DNA of 64,000 nt. It comes from Lobosporangium transversale (Eukaryota). The stretch spans positions 496,001-560,000 of the forward strand of contig NW_019028988.1 in NCBI RefSeq assembly GCF_002105155.1, read 5' to 3'. Of this stretch, positions 48,706 through 63,183 are shown piece by piece (the stretch's first letter is position 1; each line of letters starts with the position of its first letter). The position numbers and the translations under genes are program-made. Below the pieces are notes generated by a model. It had not been told where the DNA came from, made no database searches, and saw only the letters and a program-made list of their open reading frames with translations.

Positions 48706-51700
48706 GCCCTTGTATTGTCTGTGCCATGCCCACGGGAAAGTAAATACAGGAATTAAAATAAACTTTCGATTGAACTGAATATATTTAAAACAATATATAT
48801 CTTAATAAATAATAAAATAGAATTAAAAATAAAATAAAAAAAAACCTTTTTGGACGAGGACAAAGAGCATGCCTCTGTCTGAATGCGTGATTTCCTGCAC
48901 AACCCACCCATGTTTGTTAAGGATTTTATACATCTGTACCTCGGCATAGACCAATCATGGTCAAAACAATAGGATTTTTTGCGAGAGAAATACAAGCGTA
49001 CACCAAAAAAACAGGGCAAAACCTCGCATTAGTTGTCGGAGACATTTGTTGTTATTCATCCCATCACTGCAACCCAAGGGTCCGAATAGACTAAGCAAAG
49101 AAGAAGACTTTTTTTATTTTTTTTATTTATTTTTTTTTTTGCTAGACAAGAGAGAGGTAGGGGGTTGAGAATGTTGTTTGTTGAATGTTCTTCACTCGAT
49201 CACTCGATGGCTGTGATAGAACACCGAATTTGTCATCAGCCCACCACACAGGGTAAACTCTCGTATGTTCTGTGATCACTTCATTATTCAACATTCCTTT
49301 TTCTTTACTAATGATCTTCCATATTTCTAAATAGCTCAATTGAGTTTAATAACATACACCGAAAAGCCTCTTTAGTAAGGAAATGAAAAAAAAAAAAAAA
49401 AAAAAAAAAGGACGGGAACTGAGGCGGTCGTAAAGAGACGGAGGAAATGAAAATGATAACATGCCTGTCGCTTGCGTTATGACCTTTGCCCCTGGTAGCA
49501 ATTGAGGCATTATAAATGAAATAAAACCATATTGCTAGGACGCGTCGTTGGCGCTGGATTACTTACTCGACAATGAAGGGGTCGAAAAAAAAAGGTCCGG
49601 GTGCCTTGGAACCCTACTAGAAATGGTTACAATATGGCAGGAACACAGACAGAGGCTGAGGATATGTTTGAAAGAGAAGAGCACAGGGGGTTTAATGAGA
49701 TGATTTACAAGGCTATGTGTTTTATATTATATAATAAGCTCTAAAAACATTCATCCTTCTATGAACTCTCTTTCTACCTCCAGGATTGTAACACAGTTGA
49801 GAAAGAAAACGAGAGAAAAGGTGTGAATGAGAGTTGAAGGATGGGAATGAGAAGAAAGTGGAAGACAATGATGAGAACCGAATTAGGATTCTTTTTTTTT
49901 TTTTTTTTTTTTTTTTTGTGAAGTTTCTTGACGTAAAATCGTACTTTTTCTTATTTTGTTTTTTTATGTTTTTTTGCTCAACTTTCTGTTCAGCTCTCAA
50001 GCATTGTGTTTGCAAAAAAAAAAAAAAAAAAAAAAAAAAAAGGTACAGAAAGAGGATACGACGAAAGTCATATGGATTGGATGAATGATAGTTAATAAAC
50101 AATCGTACTGGCGTTCGATAACTCATCATGTCTTTTTTTTTGGATGTGTTATTGGAGTATTTCTATGAAATGCGCTTGTGACAAAACACCAAGAGTATTT
50201 TTTTTTCTTGGATAGATCTATCAATGATAGGCGTTGCACAAATAAAAGGTGGCCTTGATACCTCTTTATCAGCCAAAAGATGCTTTCGAAAGATACAAGG
50301 TTTTCGTTCGAATAGTGTCTCCATCAAAGATCTCATAACAGTTTCTGACAAGGAGAAAGCCTGTGTGCCTGAGCGAACACAAACGCTCGATTTTTTGTTT
50401 TACTTCATTGTTGCTCTCAGATCAAAGTCAATCTTGCTCGTTGTCTCATCGTTAGCGGCATCCATGTTCGAAAAAGAAGCAATCCCTAGTTATCCTAAGC
50501 TGGCTTTACTTTTTTCCCATTTACCTTCATTTTTCCGCTGACCTAAACAGTGTCGTTTCAAACAACATGGCATTGGACATGTACGATATAAGATACAACA
50601 GTGCCCTTTTGTTTACCAGAAATGAAAAACGTGTTCATCGCAGTCAAAGATCATACCATACACGTTGCGAGTTCACAAATAGGACTAAAGCGCGAAACAG
50701 CTGCTCCATCGTCAAAAGTCACCTGCTAAGATTTTTTTTTTTAAAAAAAAAATCGCGATGCACAACATTGTGTGACCTAGACGATTTTTAACCAATTGTT
50801 GCCAAGTATATACAGTATATATACATGGATATTTCAATGCAGCGGGAAAGAGAACTATAGTGTATAGACCAGTTATGATGTCCATGATCAGCATTAAAAA
50901 TCGTGCAGGGTATGTTAGGCTGTGCCTTGAGGGTTTTATTTTATTTTCCATTTCTCCGATGTACATGTACTCAAGTTCATATGCCCGATACCCCCTGTTT
51001 GATTTGTAGAGCTGGCATATTGCAAATCACCTTAGAATGCTCTCACACATACTCATTACATTGATGCATAGACTGTAACCCTTTGGTTTGATAACTCCTC
51101 GCTGCTAAGCAGCATAAACACAAGCATTTATATGATATATAATATTAATACTCCTCTCAAACATTCCATGCGGGTAGAAAAAGAAACCCTACTTGACTTT
51201 TTACAAATGTCTTCTTACGACATGTATCAGGGCATATGACTATTCTAATCCCTCTCCCTCCCCCCTTCTCTCTCTCTTCTCTTCGTAATTCTGCGTCTAC
51301 ACCTTTGCATATTAAGAAGGTATTAATATATTATGATCTTCATAATACTTGATGTATCACAAAGAGATGCTATTTTTGAAGACATCCTTTCTCCTTCCCC
51401 TAGCCCCTCAGGAAGATCTTGCATTTCGAGTCAGGAACAGAGCAATATTTATTTCAAAGCCTTGCCAATGTAAACAAAACAAAAAAAAAAAAAAAACTAG
51501 CACAGATATTCCTCCCATATCTCAATACCTACTTTTCCACAATTTCGCCTTTTGCAATGTTTTCTTTGTTTAGTCTAGGGATCTATGAAGCGACTCAACA
51601 AAACCTCTTTTTTGTTAGAAAGGGTAATTTTGAATGAGTTTTTTAAAAAGAAAAAAAAAAAGAAAAAAAGAAAAAATACCAGTAGTGAAGTAAATGGGAT

Positions 51701-52990
51701 CAAATCAGATAGGGAAAACAAAACGTGTAAAGGTGAAAAAGACACTACTAGGGGAGACAGTGTTAAAGGAGATTTGAAAGGAATGCAAATCAAAAGGCCC
51801 CTAACCTTCTTTTCACCCCTTTCCCCTTGATAGCAATGAGAATCCATCACTCTGTATTTGAGAAACTCAAGCGAGCTATGATGGTAAACGATAATCCTAA
51901 AATAAGCAATAGAAGAGGGAAAAAAAAAAAAAAAAGCACAGGGCAAGACCAAGGAAAGTATAAAAAATAAGAACCGGAGGCAAAGCAAACTTGCAGATAG
52001 AAGTGGTTCAAGCATTTACGTTTACCATCTTAAGCTAGGATGAACAAGAAGACAGAGAGAGAGAGCGGAGAAAGAAAATCAAGACCACATTGATCCATTG
52101 ATGCATTGTCACTTTTATTCAGACAGGGGAAGAACATGGCCTTTTTTTTTATTAGTCTATTCTGCGGGACACATGCATGAAAAGGTTATCTTTCCTCCCA
52201 CTTCCTTGCGTCTCACCCCCCTGAGTTGTGAAAATGGTATATACTGTAGGTCATACGGATGATCTTGAGAAGGGAAAAAGTCAGGTACAGCCAAAGTCTA
52301 GAGGAATAGCATGTACTTATAATAATGTACAAATGGAAATACAAATGATACGCATTCATTTAGAAGGCTTTCAATTTTGGGTTTGCTGTGCATCTATGAT
52401 TGTCCCAGAAGGTTAAAAAAAGAAGTCGTCCACTCTCGGGCATTTTATCACGCTCAAACAATTTCCGATGCAGCTGAAAAAAAAAAAAAAAAAAAAAAAA
52501 ATGTCCAAGGACAATCTTCATTTAAAATATTCTACGCTTTGACTCTTTAGAACTTTTACCCTCTAGATGGACCACTGAGAAGTTTGTACGTGTTTTTCGA
52601 CGTGGAATATACAGAGTCCACTAGTGCAATTAGAGATACAGCATTATTTAGACACCTCCCTTATTCTTAACAGCAAGTAGGTAAGCCGAATGGAAAGAAA
52701 GAAAAATAATAACGTACAGATAGACCTCGACCCCCATTAATATAAGGACATGGAACTTTACAAGAAAAGAGAGGGTTGATACATAGCTTAGGACTGGGGC
52801 CCGGTACATCGCCTGTTTTTTACGTTAACTGAAAGAAAAGACAACCAGGGGAATAAGTTTGAGAGAAAAAGTACCGGACTGTTACAGATTACTTCGTGCA
52901 GGACTGTAGTTTATCCTCCGACATTTATTGTTTTTTTCACTTAGCCATTGTGCCAGTTGAAGTGGTGTTTCAATGCTCTTGGCAATCTTG

Positions 52991-53024
<34 letters not shown>

Positions 53025-55167
53025 TTCAGAACCTCTTGGAACGATCCTTCTGACGGGGATATGAGTATAAAGTGCTTCGTATATATGTATTATAAAAGCG
53101 ATACTTTACAGGCGGCAAAATAAAATAAAAATAAAATAAAAATAAAAAAAAAAAGTGCGAACTATTCAGTAGTGCGCTCTTTGCTTTCACAAGCACCATA
53201 AGCTAAACGATCCAAAAATCAATATAGCATGAAGCCTCAAGATGAGGGCTAGTACCTCGTTTCAAAGAAATCCGTACTTGAAAACACGTGGAAAATATAG
53301 AGCTCCTTCAGAAAGCGCGTAATATTTTGATGAAGCATGAACGTAGTCATAAATGTATAATACGTACTGTAGATTGTAGTTTGTTACACAAACACCACTT
53401 CTGCCTGCTTGTTCCTAATATCAGACAAAATTAGTCGCGTTACTGATCGAATTCATTTTTTTAAAAAGAAAAAAAAAAATGCCAACGTGTTCGTGTTAGT
53501 TTTCATTTTTGGAAATATCGAGCAGCCAAAGTGGTGTTGTGTAACAGTCGCATTTGCCTAGTCTTTTATTCTTATTTTCCCCACAATTTCTTTTTGGTGG
53601 CACTGACCCCATTTCATTGCACTCCGACATGTCGCGTGGTTCCTTCCGAGCCCATCCATTCTTCCCCGTTTGAATCATTCCCCGCGTTTTTCTTTTGCCA
53701 TATTAATTTTGCTCTGGAGGCTCTGATTAATACTCTGTCCTACACTGTCAAAAGATTTACAAAATACAGTGGGAAACTAGAGGAAAGACATAGGCCAAAG
53801 TTTGGTCGCTCTGCGCTGTCATTCAATGAAGCAGAGATGTCCAAGTCTTTAGGTAAGGCTTACAGGAGGTCTTTTTTACCTTTCGTAACTGGTCAAACGT
53901 GCTTCGATGCTCTTTCAGTCTACTTTATCATACTTGTCAGAATTTTCAAGGCCTCGCTTATTGCCATAATTACTATTATAATTATTTTTTACTCAAGGAA
54001 GGAATGGGTTTGGAGCGTGGAAAGACATAGGGATCCATCCATTTTGATTAAAAGGTAGTATATGCCATTAAAGTCATATTGGACTATCGACCAGTCGAAA
54101 CAATGAATGACGAGCCCAGTAGTTCCTCTGCCTGATCTGAATCCTATTAAAGGACATATTTTGGATACAGTGTTCAACATTGTAGAATTATATCCCTATT
54201 ACCTGAAAGATTTTTTTTTTTTTTTCTTTGTCATTAAGCTGTTTTGCTTCATGACCAATGTTAAAATCAAGAAGAAAGTTAAAAATGTAATCAGAGATAA
54301 GGAAAAGGAGTAAAACATTTCAAGGACAAAACTTGGAGAAAACCTAGCAGTCTAATAAAGACTATCAAGAGGTGACCCAGGCTGATGTTTTTTTTTTTCC
54401 TTTTTGTAATTAATAAAGCACAGGACTAGACAGGTTCTTCAAGAGCAATAGGGGGATTTCGGTGACCAAAGGATCAAATAGGACTGGAGAGGATAAGGAA
54501 ATAACCGGAATTGACGTTAATAAGTAGCAAGCCCAAACGAACATAGATCTTCGTTCCTCTCACGAGTTAATCTATTACATGTTCCTAGTCTAAATCTTGA
54601 CCCTGATGGTGTTCCCTAACACCATTGTGGCCCTTTTGCCTTTTGTTCAAAATCTAATGCAGCTCAATTTATCAAAAACTATCACGCACGGCTCTGAATT
54701 TTTCTTTTTGCTCCGAATTGTTGCGTCCCCCCCGGATTTTTCCCCAGATTCTGCTTTTTATGTGTGTTTCAGCAAGAAAAGGTTTAGAGGGCATATGTAC
54801 ATTTCTTAATACAAATATCACATCATAAACCGTTTGACCCCAGTTTTTTTTCTGCGCACTTGACTCTCAGCTTCGGAAAAGAAACCGAGGAGGAAGAAGG
54901 AAGGGAGAAAATGGGCGTAAAGGGCTTGATTGAGCCAATACATGCTTAGTATGCGTGTGATGGTTTTTACTTGACTTTTGCTCATTTGATTCGTCAGTAA
55001 GTCCAGTAGCTACTTTCATGGGCCTATATCGCTGCAGGTTTCTCTCTCTCTTTTTCTGTGTTCTGGCCCACTCCGTTTCAGGAAGTTCAACTGTTTTCTT
55101 GATCAGAATTGACCTTTAACAGACAAATACATTCATTTACTTTTATAGTCTCTTAGTGCGTCTAGGC

Positions 55168-55201
<34 letters not shown>

Positions 55202-56157
55202 TTGCTTAACAAGCATTTGGCTGTTGGGAAATTCCGTGGATATTGGAATGGAGGATGGTTGATCAGCTTGGGATCGTACCCTTGGCAGAGGCTTCTTTAG
55301 AGAGAAAATAGTCTTGTTAAACTGTAAGACAACTCACCTTTTCAACCATCACCCGGGTTGGTTATTTTCGTATTGTTTCAATTGTTTCAATAAAGTCGAA
55401 CGTATTCACTTACAGTCACTTTCCTAAGGTGGCACTCTAGCAGCCGTCATTTGGGAACCAAGGATCTATTAACAATAGAGAGACATTGGTGCAATCCGGT
55501 TTGTTGCATATTGATGAAAATGTACTTTAGAGTTCAGTTGGTTGAATGACCCACAAACTGCTGCAATACACAAAACCTTCTCTTCTTTCAACTCCTTAAC
55601 ACTCTTTTTCTTTTCCTCTTGACCAGTTTGCACTATAATTGCTTGTAAAAACTATATCTCCCTTCCTATTCCACTCTTCTTTTCACATCTTTTTTCTGTT
55701 TCATTTTTTTTCTTTCTTTTTGTTTTCTTTCTAGTATATTGTATTCTTTGCTTTCGTTCGTTCAAAGCTTTTCATCTTTCTCATTTCGATTGCAACTTGC
55801 ATTCGTTCTTCATCTGTGTGTGTGTGTGTTGAATGGAATTGCACTTTTTTTTATTTCACACTGTAGATCTTTTGTTACAAGAAATTTATACTCGACACTC
55901 CTCTCCTTCGCATCCCACACAACACATACATTCCTGCACATCCCTCTGCATATCAACCCTCTACCGATCTTCTCTCTAAAAAAAAAAAAATCCACCCTTG
56001 CATCATCTGGAGAACTTCTCCAGTCCTCTTTTTTTGTTCCTGGATCATTACTTACATCTCGTCTAGCACTATCATCTTTTGTATACAGTATATTCTCTCT
56101 CTTCACTCGCTACTGCATAACCTTGCTTCATTTACCTTCACCCATAATTTATCCAGA

Positions 56158-59100
56158 ATGACTTTCTCCGGTCTTCTCATTGTACGTGATCCTAAGCAAA
56201 GCTGCAAGGGAGGCGTTCAGTCATCCACTTCTCCTTCCTTCTCCACCACTACTTCACCAACGTCTGCGACAGCTAAATCCCCACAGTTAGAACAGCAGCA
56301 ATCTTCAAAGCAATATACAGCATCATCCTCTAGACAGGACCTGAATCGACGATCCACTAGTCCAACACTAAATACAATCTCAGCAAAGTCAACAAATGGG
56401 TCTGAAATGGCATCGGATATGCTCTCTATGGCAAAGAGCACAAATATCACTGCGAGCGACGCGAGCCAGTCAACAATCCCTACTTCCCAATTATCATCAC
56501 CACCATCGTCGTCATCAATGCCATCGATGAGCCTAATGGAAAGTCCCTTAGGAGGTCTCGTCCAGGTGGATATGGTCAATACCTCGATGCTTCTTGAGCA
56601 ACATAGTATCCATGCTACAGAGGCAACATCAACAGCTCAATTGACTTCATCCACGAGTGCTTCACTGACTTTGTCTCCCTTGACCTCATCAATGGATATG
56701 CAACAACGACAACAGATTCCGACAGCTTCGCCCATTGCCACACCCATACCAACTTCGACTTTAACTTCATCAAAAACTTCCTCAATTGGTAAGAAAAAAG
56801 GAGCGCCCCAGAATCTCAGCCCAGCACATAGCGCTGCCTACAGGAAACGCCTGAATGTCAACCAAGGTAATTTATTTTTAATTTATTTGTTTTTTTTTAT
56901 TTTAAGCCTTCCCTTCTCTCCCCACATGCAGAAGTATACTTTGTTGGTGGAAATAATAGAACAATGATCGTCGCCAGATTTGGACTCAAATAAGACTCTT
57001 CCTCACTTGTCATTGGATGAGTGTCCGTCATGATATATTTCAGTCCCCAGAGATAAAAAAAAAAAAATGAAAATCTCCGACTAGCACATCCAGATAAACT
57101 AAAATTACACGTAATACGTACATTACATTGCATTGCATACATGATAATAGTATGCGACTGGTGCAGGTACCGTAAAATCAGGTGCGACCGAGAGTCACCT
57201 TGTAACTCCTGTCAACATTCCAAGCGAGAATGTGTCCGTACCCCTCCTTCAGTCCTGCTCAGCAGATCCAACGCTGCCAACGCTGCTGTTGCTGCCTCCG
57301 CTGGTGTCGAGTCTTCGCCTTCAAGCCCAATTACCATCACTAATAAAACAAAACGCAGTCGTGTTGACACAAAGGATGTGCAATCTCCTCGTGGCAACAA
57401 GTCTTATCGGAGCAGTAGTATCTCTTCATATCACAGTTCATCTTATACCTCCTACTCCTCAGACCAAGATGAGAATGATGAACATGACGATGCAGCGTCT
57501 ACTCGTAGCGGCTCCACAAAGACTGGTGCCTCTTCTGTGTCACCTGTTGTAGGGTCTCTCACCTTGGCCGGTTTGGGTCTCGGTAGCCTCGCTGGGGTCT
57601 TGGATACTTCAAGCAACGATATGCAATTAGATACACCACCTGTATCATCTTCGTTTCCGAACGCTGCATTTGCGCTAGGGCAAACACAGGCGCCAACAAT
57701 GCAAGGTGGTTCAGAATCAGGAGCATGGAGACCCTCCAGTGTACCCCAGGATCAAGAGACTTTAGAGCGTATGAGGCGAATTGAACTCTTACTGAGCAGC
57801 GTCATCCCTGGCGCCGCTGAATTTATTACAAATGGAGCAAATGGTTCTCAGCTGTTGCAGCATCAGCAGCGACAGGCATCACCGCATGGAGGCCGCGCCG
57901 ATAAGAAACCATTGTCTGTCATCACACAAGGTTTGAATCAACTGCAGCAACGTGACATGACCATGTCGCCTATGGAACGTCTCTCAAATATCTCCCTTGC
58001 CTCGCCTGCTGTGAAGGATTCATCGTCAATGCAAAACAATGTTCATGAAGAGAAGCTCAATTTGCAACAACTACAGCAGCAGCAGAACCATCAATCGCCG
58101 CTAGACTATGCAGAGAGAATGAAGCGTATTGAGATGCTCCTGGTCACAGTTCAAGATCTACCCATTGCCAAGGCCCTCATCGGACAATCTCAGGACATCT
58201 CTCAGTCCTCACGAAGCAAGGACGGTGATATTCAAGAGAACAGCAGACCTCAAAAGAAAATGCCGAAGGTATGATTATATATAGTTTATTATTCTTATTA
58301 TTATTTTTTTAAAAAAAAAAAAAAAAAAAGTTGCTAAACAATCCATTGCCACTTCCTCCTTCTGAGTTTAGAAGTACAAGAGCGATCCAAAGAAAAATCT
58401 AATCATCAACAGCAATGGTCAAGTTGTCAAGCGACCTCACGTGGCTGCTGGATTCGCAGGCCAAAAGCCGCCACCAAAATTGCCTCAAGCGATTGCAGAG
58501 GCAGCCCAGAAGAAACAAGGCGCCCGCAAAAAACGAACTTCTGCAGCGGCGACTCGAGCGACGACTGCCAATGCCAGCGCTAATGCTAATACAAATGCCG
58601 AGAAGAACTCGAGCACCGCACGAGCTGCCAGAGAAGCCTCAGTTAAAACTATGACCTCTGAGCAGGCTCATGAGAGTATTAAGCCCGATTTGAAAACAGT
58701 AACTCCCTCTCCAACCGCCTCGCTTGAAATCCCATCTGCGATTGGAAATGAAAACATTATGCAATTTGACCCTAACCAGACGCTAATGATGCCGCAGCAT
58801 GATTCATATCATCGTGGTTCAATTCCAGTTGCCCAGCAACAACCACAGCCACAGCAACATTCGTCTTATCGCAACTATCAGCAGCAATTTCAACTGCCGA
58901 TGACAAACACTGCTTCGATGACCATTCCTTTGAACACCATTGGGACTTATGAGTCATTGGTCGTCCCTGCATCATCTTCTCCAGCATCATCCGTAGCGTC
59001 TTCTCCTCGAAGCGCAAAGGCAGAGCCCGTAATCCCAGATGGATCACTTCAAGGGAAAAATATGGGAGACATGGAGTTGAATGACTCTAGATTATCTTCC

Positions 59101-60018
59101 TTGGGTCTAGAAGGATCGCAGATAGAGCATCAATACGCTTTTATGCAACAGCAACATCCAATCCATTCATTCTCTGGTGACCAATTTCAAGCTGGGTTTG
59201 ATTTTGCAAGCGAAAGTACAAGTCAGCAGCAGCAACAAACTTTCCACCCCCATCTGTCACAACAACATGGTGCCATTGCATTTCCTCAGCACGCAGCTTT
59301 CAGCGATTTTGGTTTGGATATGGATGAGTCGCTGGAAGCATTAATGAAGAAGGATGTTGTTGGTCCTTTAGGTGGAATTACAGGAAATCTTGCGGATAGT
59401 TCTAGTACTACTTTACTTCAAGGACATCATGGATCCACACCGTTCAATTCAGCAATCTATGACAATCAGTTTGGTTTCTTTCAACAACAGCAGCAACAAC
59501 AGCAGCAGCAGCCATCACAATCATTACAACAGCAAATGGATTATCAAGATGTTTTGGGATCAATGTGGACCTCTGGACAGACTGGATCGTTCAGTGTCCC
59601 TGCTCATAACAATCCACAAAACCCTTGGTCTCATCAATCTTCACAAAGTATTAACATTAGTGCGGATGATTCCTCACAACCTGAGATGGAGCTCAAAGAA
59701 GGACAAAGCCAGGAGCAGCCGCAGCAACAAATGAATAATGCCCATGCTCTGTTCCAGCAGCAATTTCAACAACAACGGAGGCATCAGCATCAGCAGCAGG
59801 AACAGATGAGGAAAAACTCGATTGTTTTGGGTATGCATCAGCATTTGCAACAACAGCAACGGACATCAATTCCACACCAACTTCAGCAAACTTTTTATAT
59901 CCCACAGAACCATGACGACGACGATGATGATGATGATGACGAGGGCGGACTCCAAACGTTGTACGATGGGAATAAGATCAACAACATTAAGAGCTCAACC
60001 CCTTCTATGGACGCATAG
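56158..60018 (+). CDS. Zn(II)2Cys6 binuclear cluster transcription factor with Gln-rich C-terminal region; exons 56158-56866, 57151-58268, 58372-60018
   Basis: RKRLNVNQ|VCDWCRYRKIRCDRESPCNSCQHSKRECV has C-x2-C-x6-C-x5-C-x2-C-x6-C spacing. Splices are in frame; poly-Q tracts are present. Confidence 0.92.
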
Positions 60019-60177
60019 AAGAAAAAAAAATCGTCGTTATTCAAATGGTCTTCTTCTCTATTATTGACCACTTTGTCGATATTTGTTTTTATAACTGTAC
60101 TATAGTCCATTGTCTTTTTGTCCTATCATCTTTGCATTAAAATAATAATAAAAATTACATGTATCAATCATTATCAC

Positions 60178-60210
<33 letters not shown>

Positions 60211-60238
60211 GACTGGCTTTTATTTATTGTTCTTTGTA

Positions 60239-60267
<29 letters not shown>

Positions 60268-60269
<2 letters not shown>

Positions 60270-62970
60270 ATTGAGCGGCTGCGCTCTTGACTTTGGCTAT
60301 TAAAGCCTCGACTACGCTAGGATCTGCCAGGGTAGAGATATCACCCAAGGAATCTGCTTCGCCCGCGACGATCTTTCTCAAGATTCGTCGCATCAATTTA
60401 CCAGAACGAGTTTTGGGCAAGTCCTCGACCAAATAGATACGTTTTGGGGCTGCGAAGGGGCCAATAACCTTTCTGACTTGGAGGGCCAATTCTTTGGTTA
60501 GATCATTAGCAAATGCACGAGAATGACCAGAGGCCAGACCGGGCTTGAGACAGACAAAGGCATGGATACATTGGCCCGTGACTTCATCGTTAGCACCGAT
60601 GACAGCAGTCTCAGCCACGGCGTGGTGGACGATCAATGCAGACTCGATTTCCGCTGTCGACAATCGATGTCCTGAGACATTGATCACATCATCGACACGT
60701 CCTCCGACCCAGATATAACCATCCTTATCACGGCTGGCGCCATCACCTGTGAAATAGTATCCAGAATAGGGTCGAAGGTATGTCTCCAGAAAGCGTTGAT
60801 GATTGCCATAGATAGAGCGTGCGATCGAGGGCCAAGGACGTTTCACTGCCAATACACCCGAAACGCTGTTGCCAGTCAACTCTTTGCCTGTCACAGGATC
60901 GAGGATCGCTAATTCAATCCCGAAGAAGGGAAGTGTCGCAGAACCAGCTTTTGTGGGGATAGCGCCCGGTAAGGGAGTGACGATGTGGCTTCCGGTCTCT
61001 GTCTGCCAATATGTATCCACGATAGCACATCGACCTTTACCAACCTTATCATTGTACCAGTGCCATGCCTCTGGATTAATGGGCTCTCCCACAGATCCGA
61101 GGACACGCAAACTGGACAGATCATGGCCCTCAACCCATTCATCTCCCAAGCGACGCAAAGCACGGATGGCGGTAGGAGCAGTGTAGAACTGAGTGATTTT
61201 GTGTTTTGCAATCAGTTCCCAATATCTGGATGGGGTTGGATAAGTTGGAATGGATTCGAACAAGACTGTGGTGGCACCCAAGGCCAATGGACCATAGACA
61301 ATATAGGTATGACCTGTGATCCAGCCTACGTCGGCCATGCAGGCAAAGATATCGCCTGGATGATAATCAAATACATATTTCACTGTAGCAGCTGCTCCTA
61401 AAAGAAAACCACCGGTTGTATGCAACACGCCCTTGGGTTTCCCAGTCGAGCCCGAGGTGTACAGCAGAAAGAGAGGATCCTCTGAATGCATCTCCTCTGG
61501 TGGGAGGTACGTAGGCGTACGAGAAACTTCTTGACTCCACCAATGGTCACGACCTGGTGTCATGGGCACATCAGCTCCAGTACGTTCACAGACGAGAACA
61601 GTTTCGACCATGGGACAAGACTTTAGGGCCTCATCCACAATTTTTTTGATCTCAATAGTCTTGCCTCCACGTCTGCCTTGATCTGCAGTGAGGACAAGAC
61701 GGGACTGAGCATCTTGAACACGATCTCGAAGGGCCTCGGCCGAGAATCCTGCAAAGACCACGGAGTGTAAAGCTCCGATACGAGCACAGGCTAAGATTGC
61801 AGTCACAGCCTCAGGGATCATGGGCATATAAATCGCTACTGTGTCGCCTTTTCGGATACCTTTTGCTCGAAGTACACCTGCAAGCTGACACACATCGCGA
61901 AGAAGTTGACCATAGGTGATATTTTCGGATTGGTTGGGTTCATCTGATTCATAGATGATGGCCACCTTTTTATTTTTTATTTTTTATTTTTTATTTTTTA
62001 TTTTTTATTTTTTATTTTTTTATTTTTTTATTTTTTTATTTTTTTATTTTTTGTTAGAAATTTTGATGAACATTTAAGGGCATTTTGACAAAGTATTTTT
62101 TCTTTTTTTTTCTCACGACACAAAAAGAGTCGGGCAACGCTCTACTTCTTGTTATTTACCTTCTTTGGGTTCTCAATAGCATGACGATCAACACAGTTGT
62201 ATGAAGCGTTTATTCGGCCATCCAGAAACCAAGCGACATCACCATATTTAAATCCTCCATGTCGGACACGGTTGAAAGGTTTGGACCAGGTGAGAAGGTC
62301 TGTTGCAAGCTATTGGGGAGAAGAAGACGAAGACCGATGTTAGTAATAATGATAATTTCAATGATAATATTGATACTTTCTTTTAAACAAGCAAGTTACA
62401 AACGAAGCAATAAAAGAGATGTGGCACAAGATAATGAATGATCCTTCTCTCTTTCTCGCACACTCTCTCTTGATCTTGTACTTTGATTTTTTTTTTTTTT
62501 TTTTTTTTATCGATTGTCATTCCATTACACTAGTTCCTTCAGCATCCTTTTTTTTCTTTTTTACACTGTATGCTTGTACATGTTCACCACCTTTGAAAGA
62601 AAGTAGAAGCATCTATTTGCAACACAACACTTGTCCCTCATCTCACCTACCAAAGATAAACCTTATTTCTGAATGAATGGTTGATGGAAGGAAGAAGAGG
62701 GGTAGAGAGTTGGCAATTGACGCCTTTTGTTCTGATATATATATATATATATATAAAGAAAGAAAGAAAGAGAGAGAAAGAGAGAGTCGACTCCATATCA
62801 TGTCATATCATTATTATTACCTTGCCAAAGAATTCATCGGGCTGTTCAATACTTTGTTGATACAGTTCTTTGTATTGTTGCAACGATGAGATGTAAGGCT
62901 CTGGACACTGAGCCGGGTCCAAAAGCCTCTGTGGGACGGGGTATAACTCTCCGTCAGGGATATCGGCCAT
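60268..62970 (-). CDS. ACS: Acetyl-CoA synthetase (acetate--CoA ligase); exons 62970-62821, 62309-62160, 61965-60268
   Basis: AMP-binding motif [12 protein letters not shown], plus [32 protein letters not shown] and [13 protein letters not shown]-terminal exons include [17 protein letters not shown]. Confidence 0.97.
61967..62052. repeat. (TTTTTTA)n heptamer-type microsatellite, about 12 units, in ACS intron 2
   Basis: Visible array directly abutting the 3' splice site. Confidence 0.9.
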
Positions 62971-63149
62971 TTTTATTTATTTATTTATTACTTCTTCAAT
63001 TGTAAATAAGAAAAGAGTCAGCAGAGATGTGGAGCAATAAGTAAAAAAAAAAATAAAAAAAATAAAAAAAAAAGAAATGAAATGAAATGGAAGAGCGGAG
63101 AACTCTGTTTAGGTTAAAGAAGCAACGTTAAAGAGAGGAAATAAGAAAG

Positions 63150-63183
<34 letters not shown>

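Noticed and set aside
49722..52015. Short ORFs rich in poly-Phe or poly-Lys here and throughout the window
   Set aside because: They are translations of intronic or intergenic poly-T/poly-A runs, not real proteins.
53531..54058. 175-aa ORF with a segment (TVKRFTKYSGKLEERHRPKFGRSALS) faintly like a Tc1/mariner HTH-GRP region
   Set aside because: No DDE motifs, no terminal inverted repeats and no ATG start; similarity too weak to call.
14381..62970. Lipid-metabolism gene cluster (delta-5 desaturase, Zn2Cys6 factor, acetyl-CoA synthetase)
   Set aside because: The desaturase is more than 39 kb from the other two, with unrelated housekeeping genes between. The TF-ACS tail-to-tail adjacency alone does not indicate regulation.
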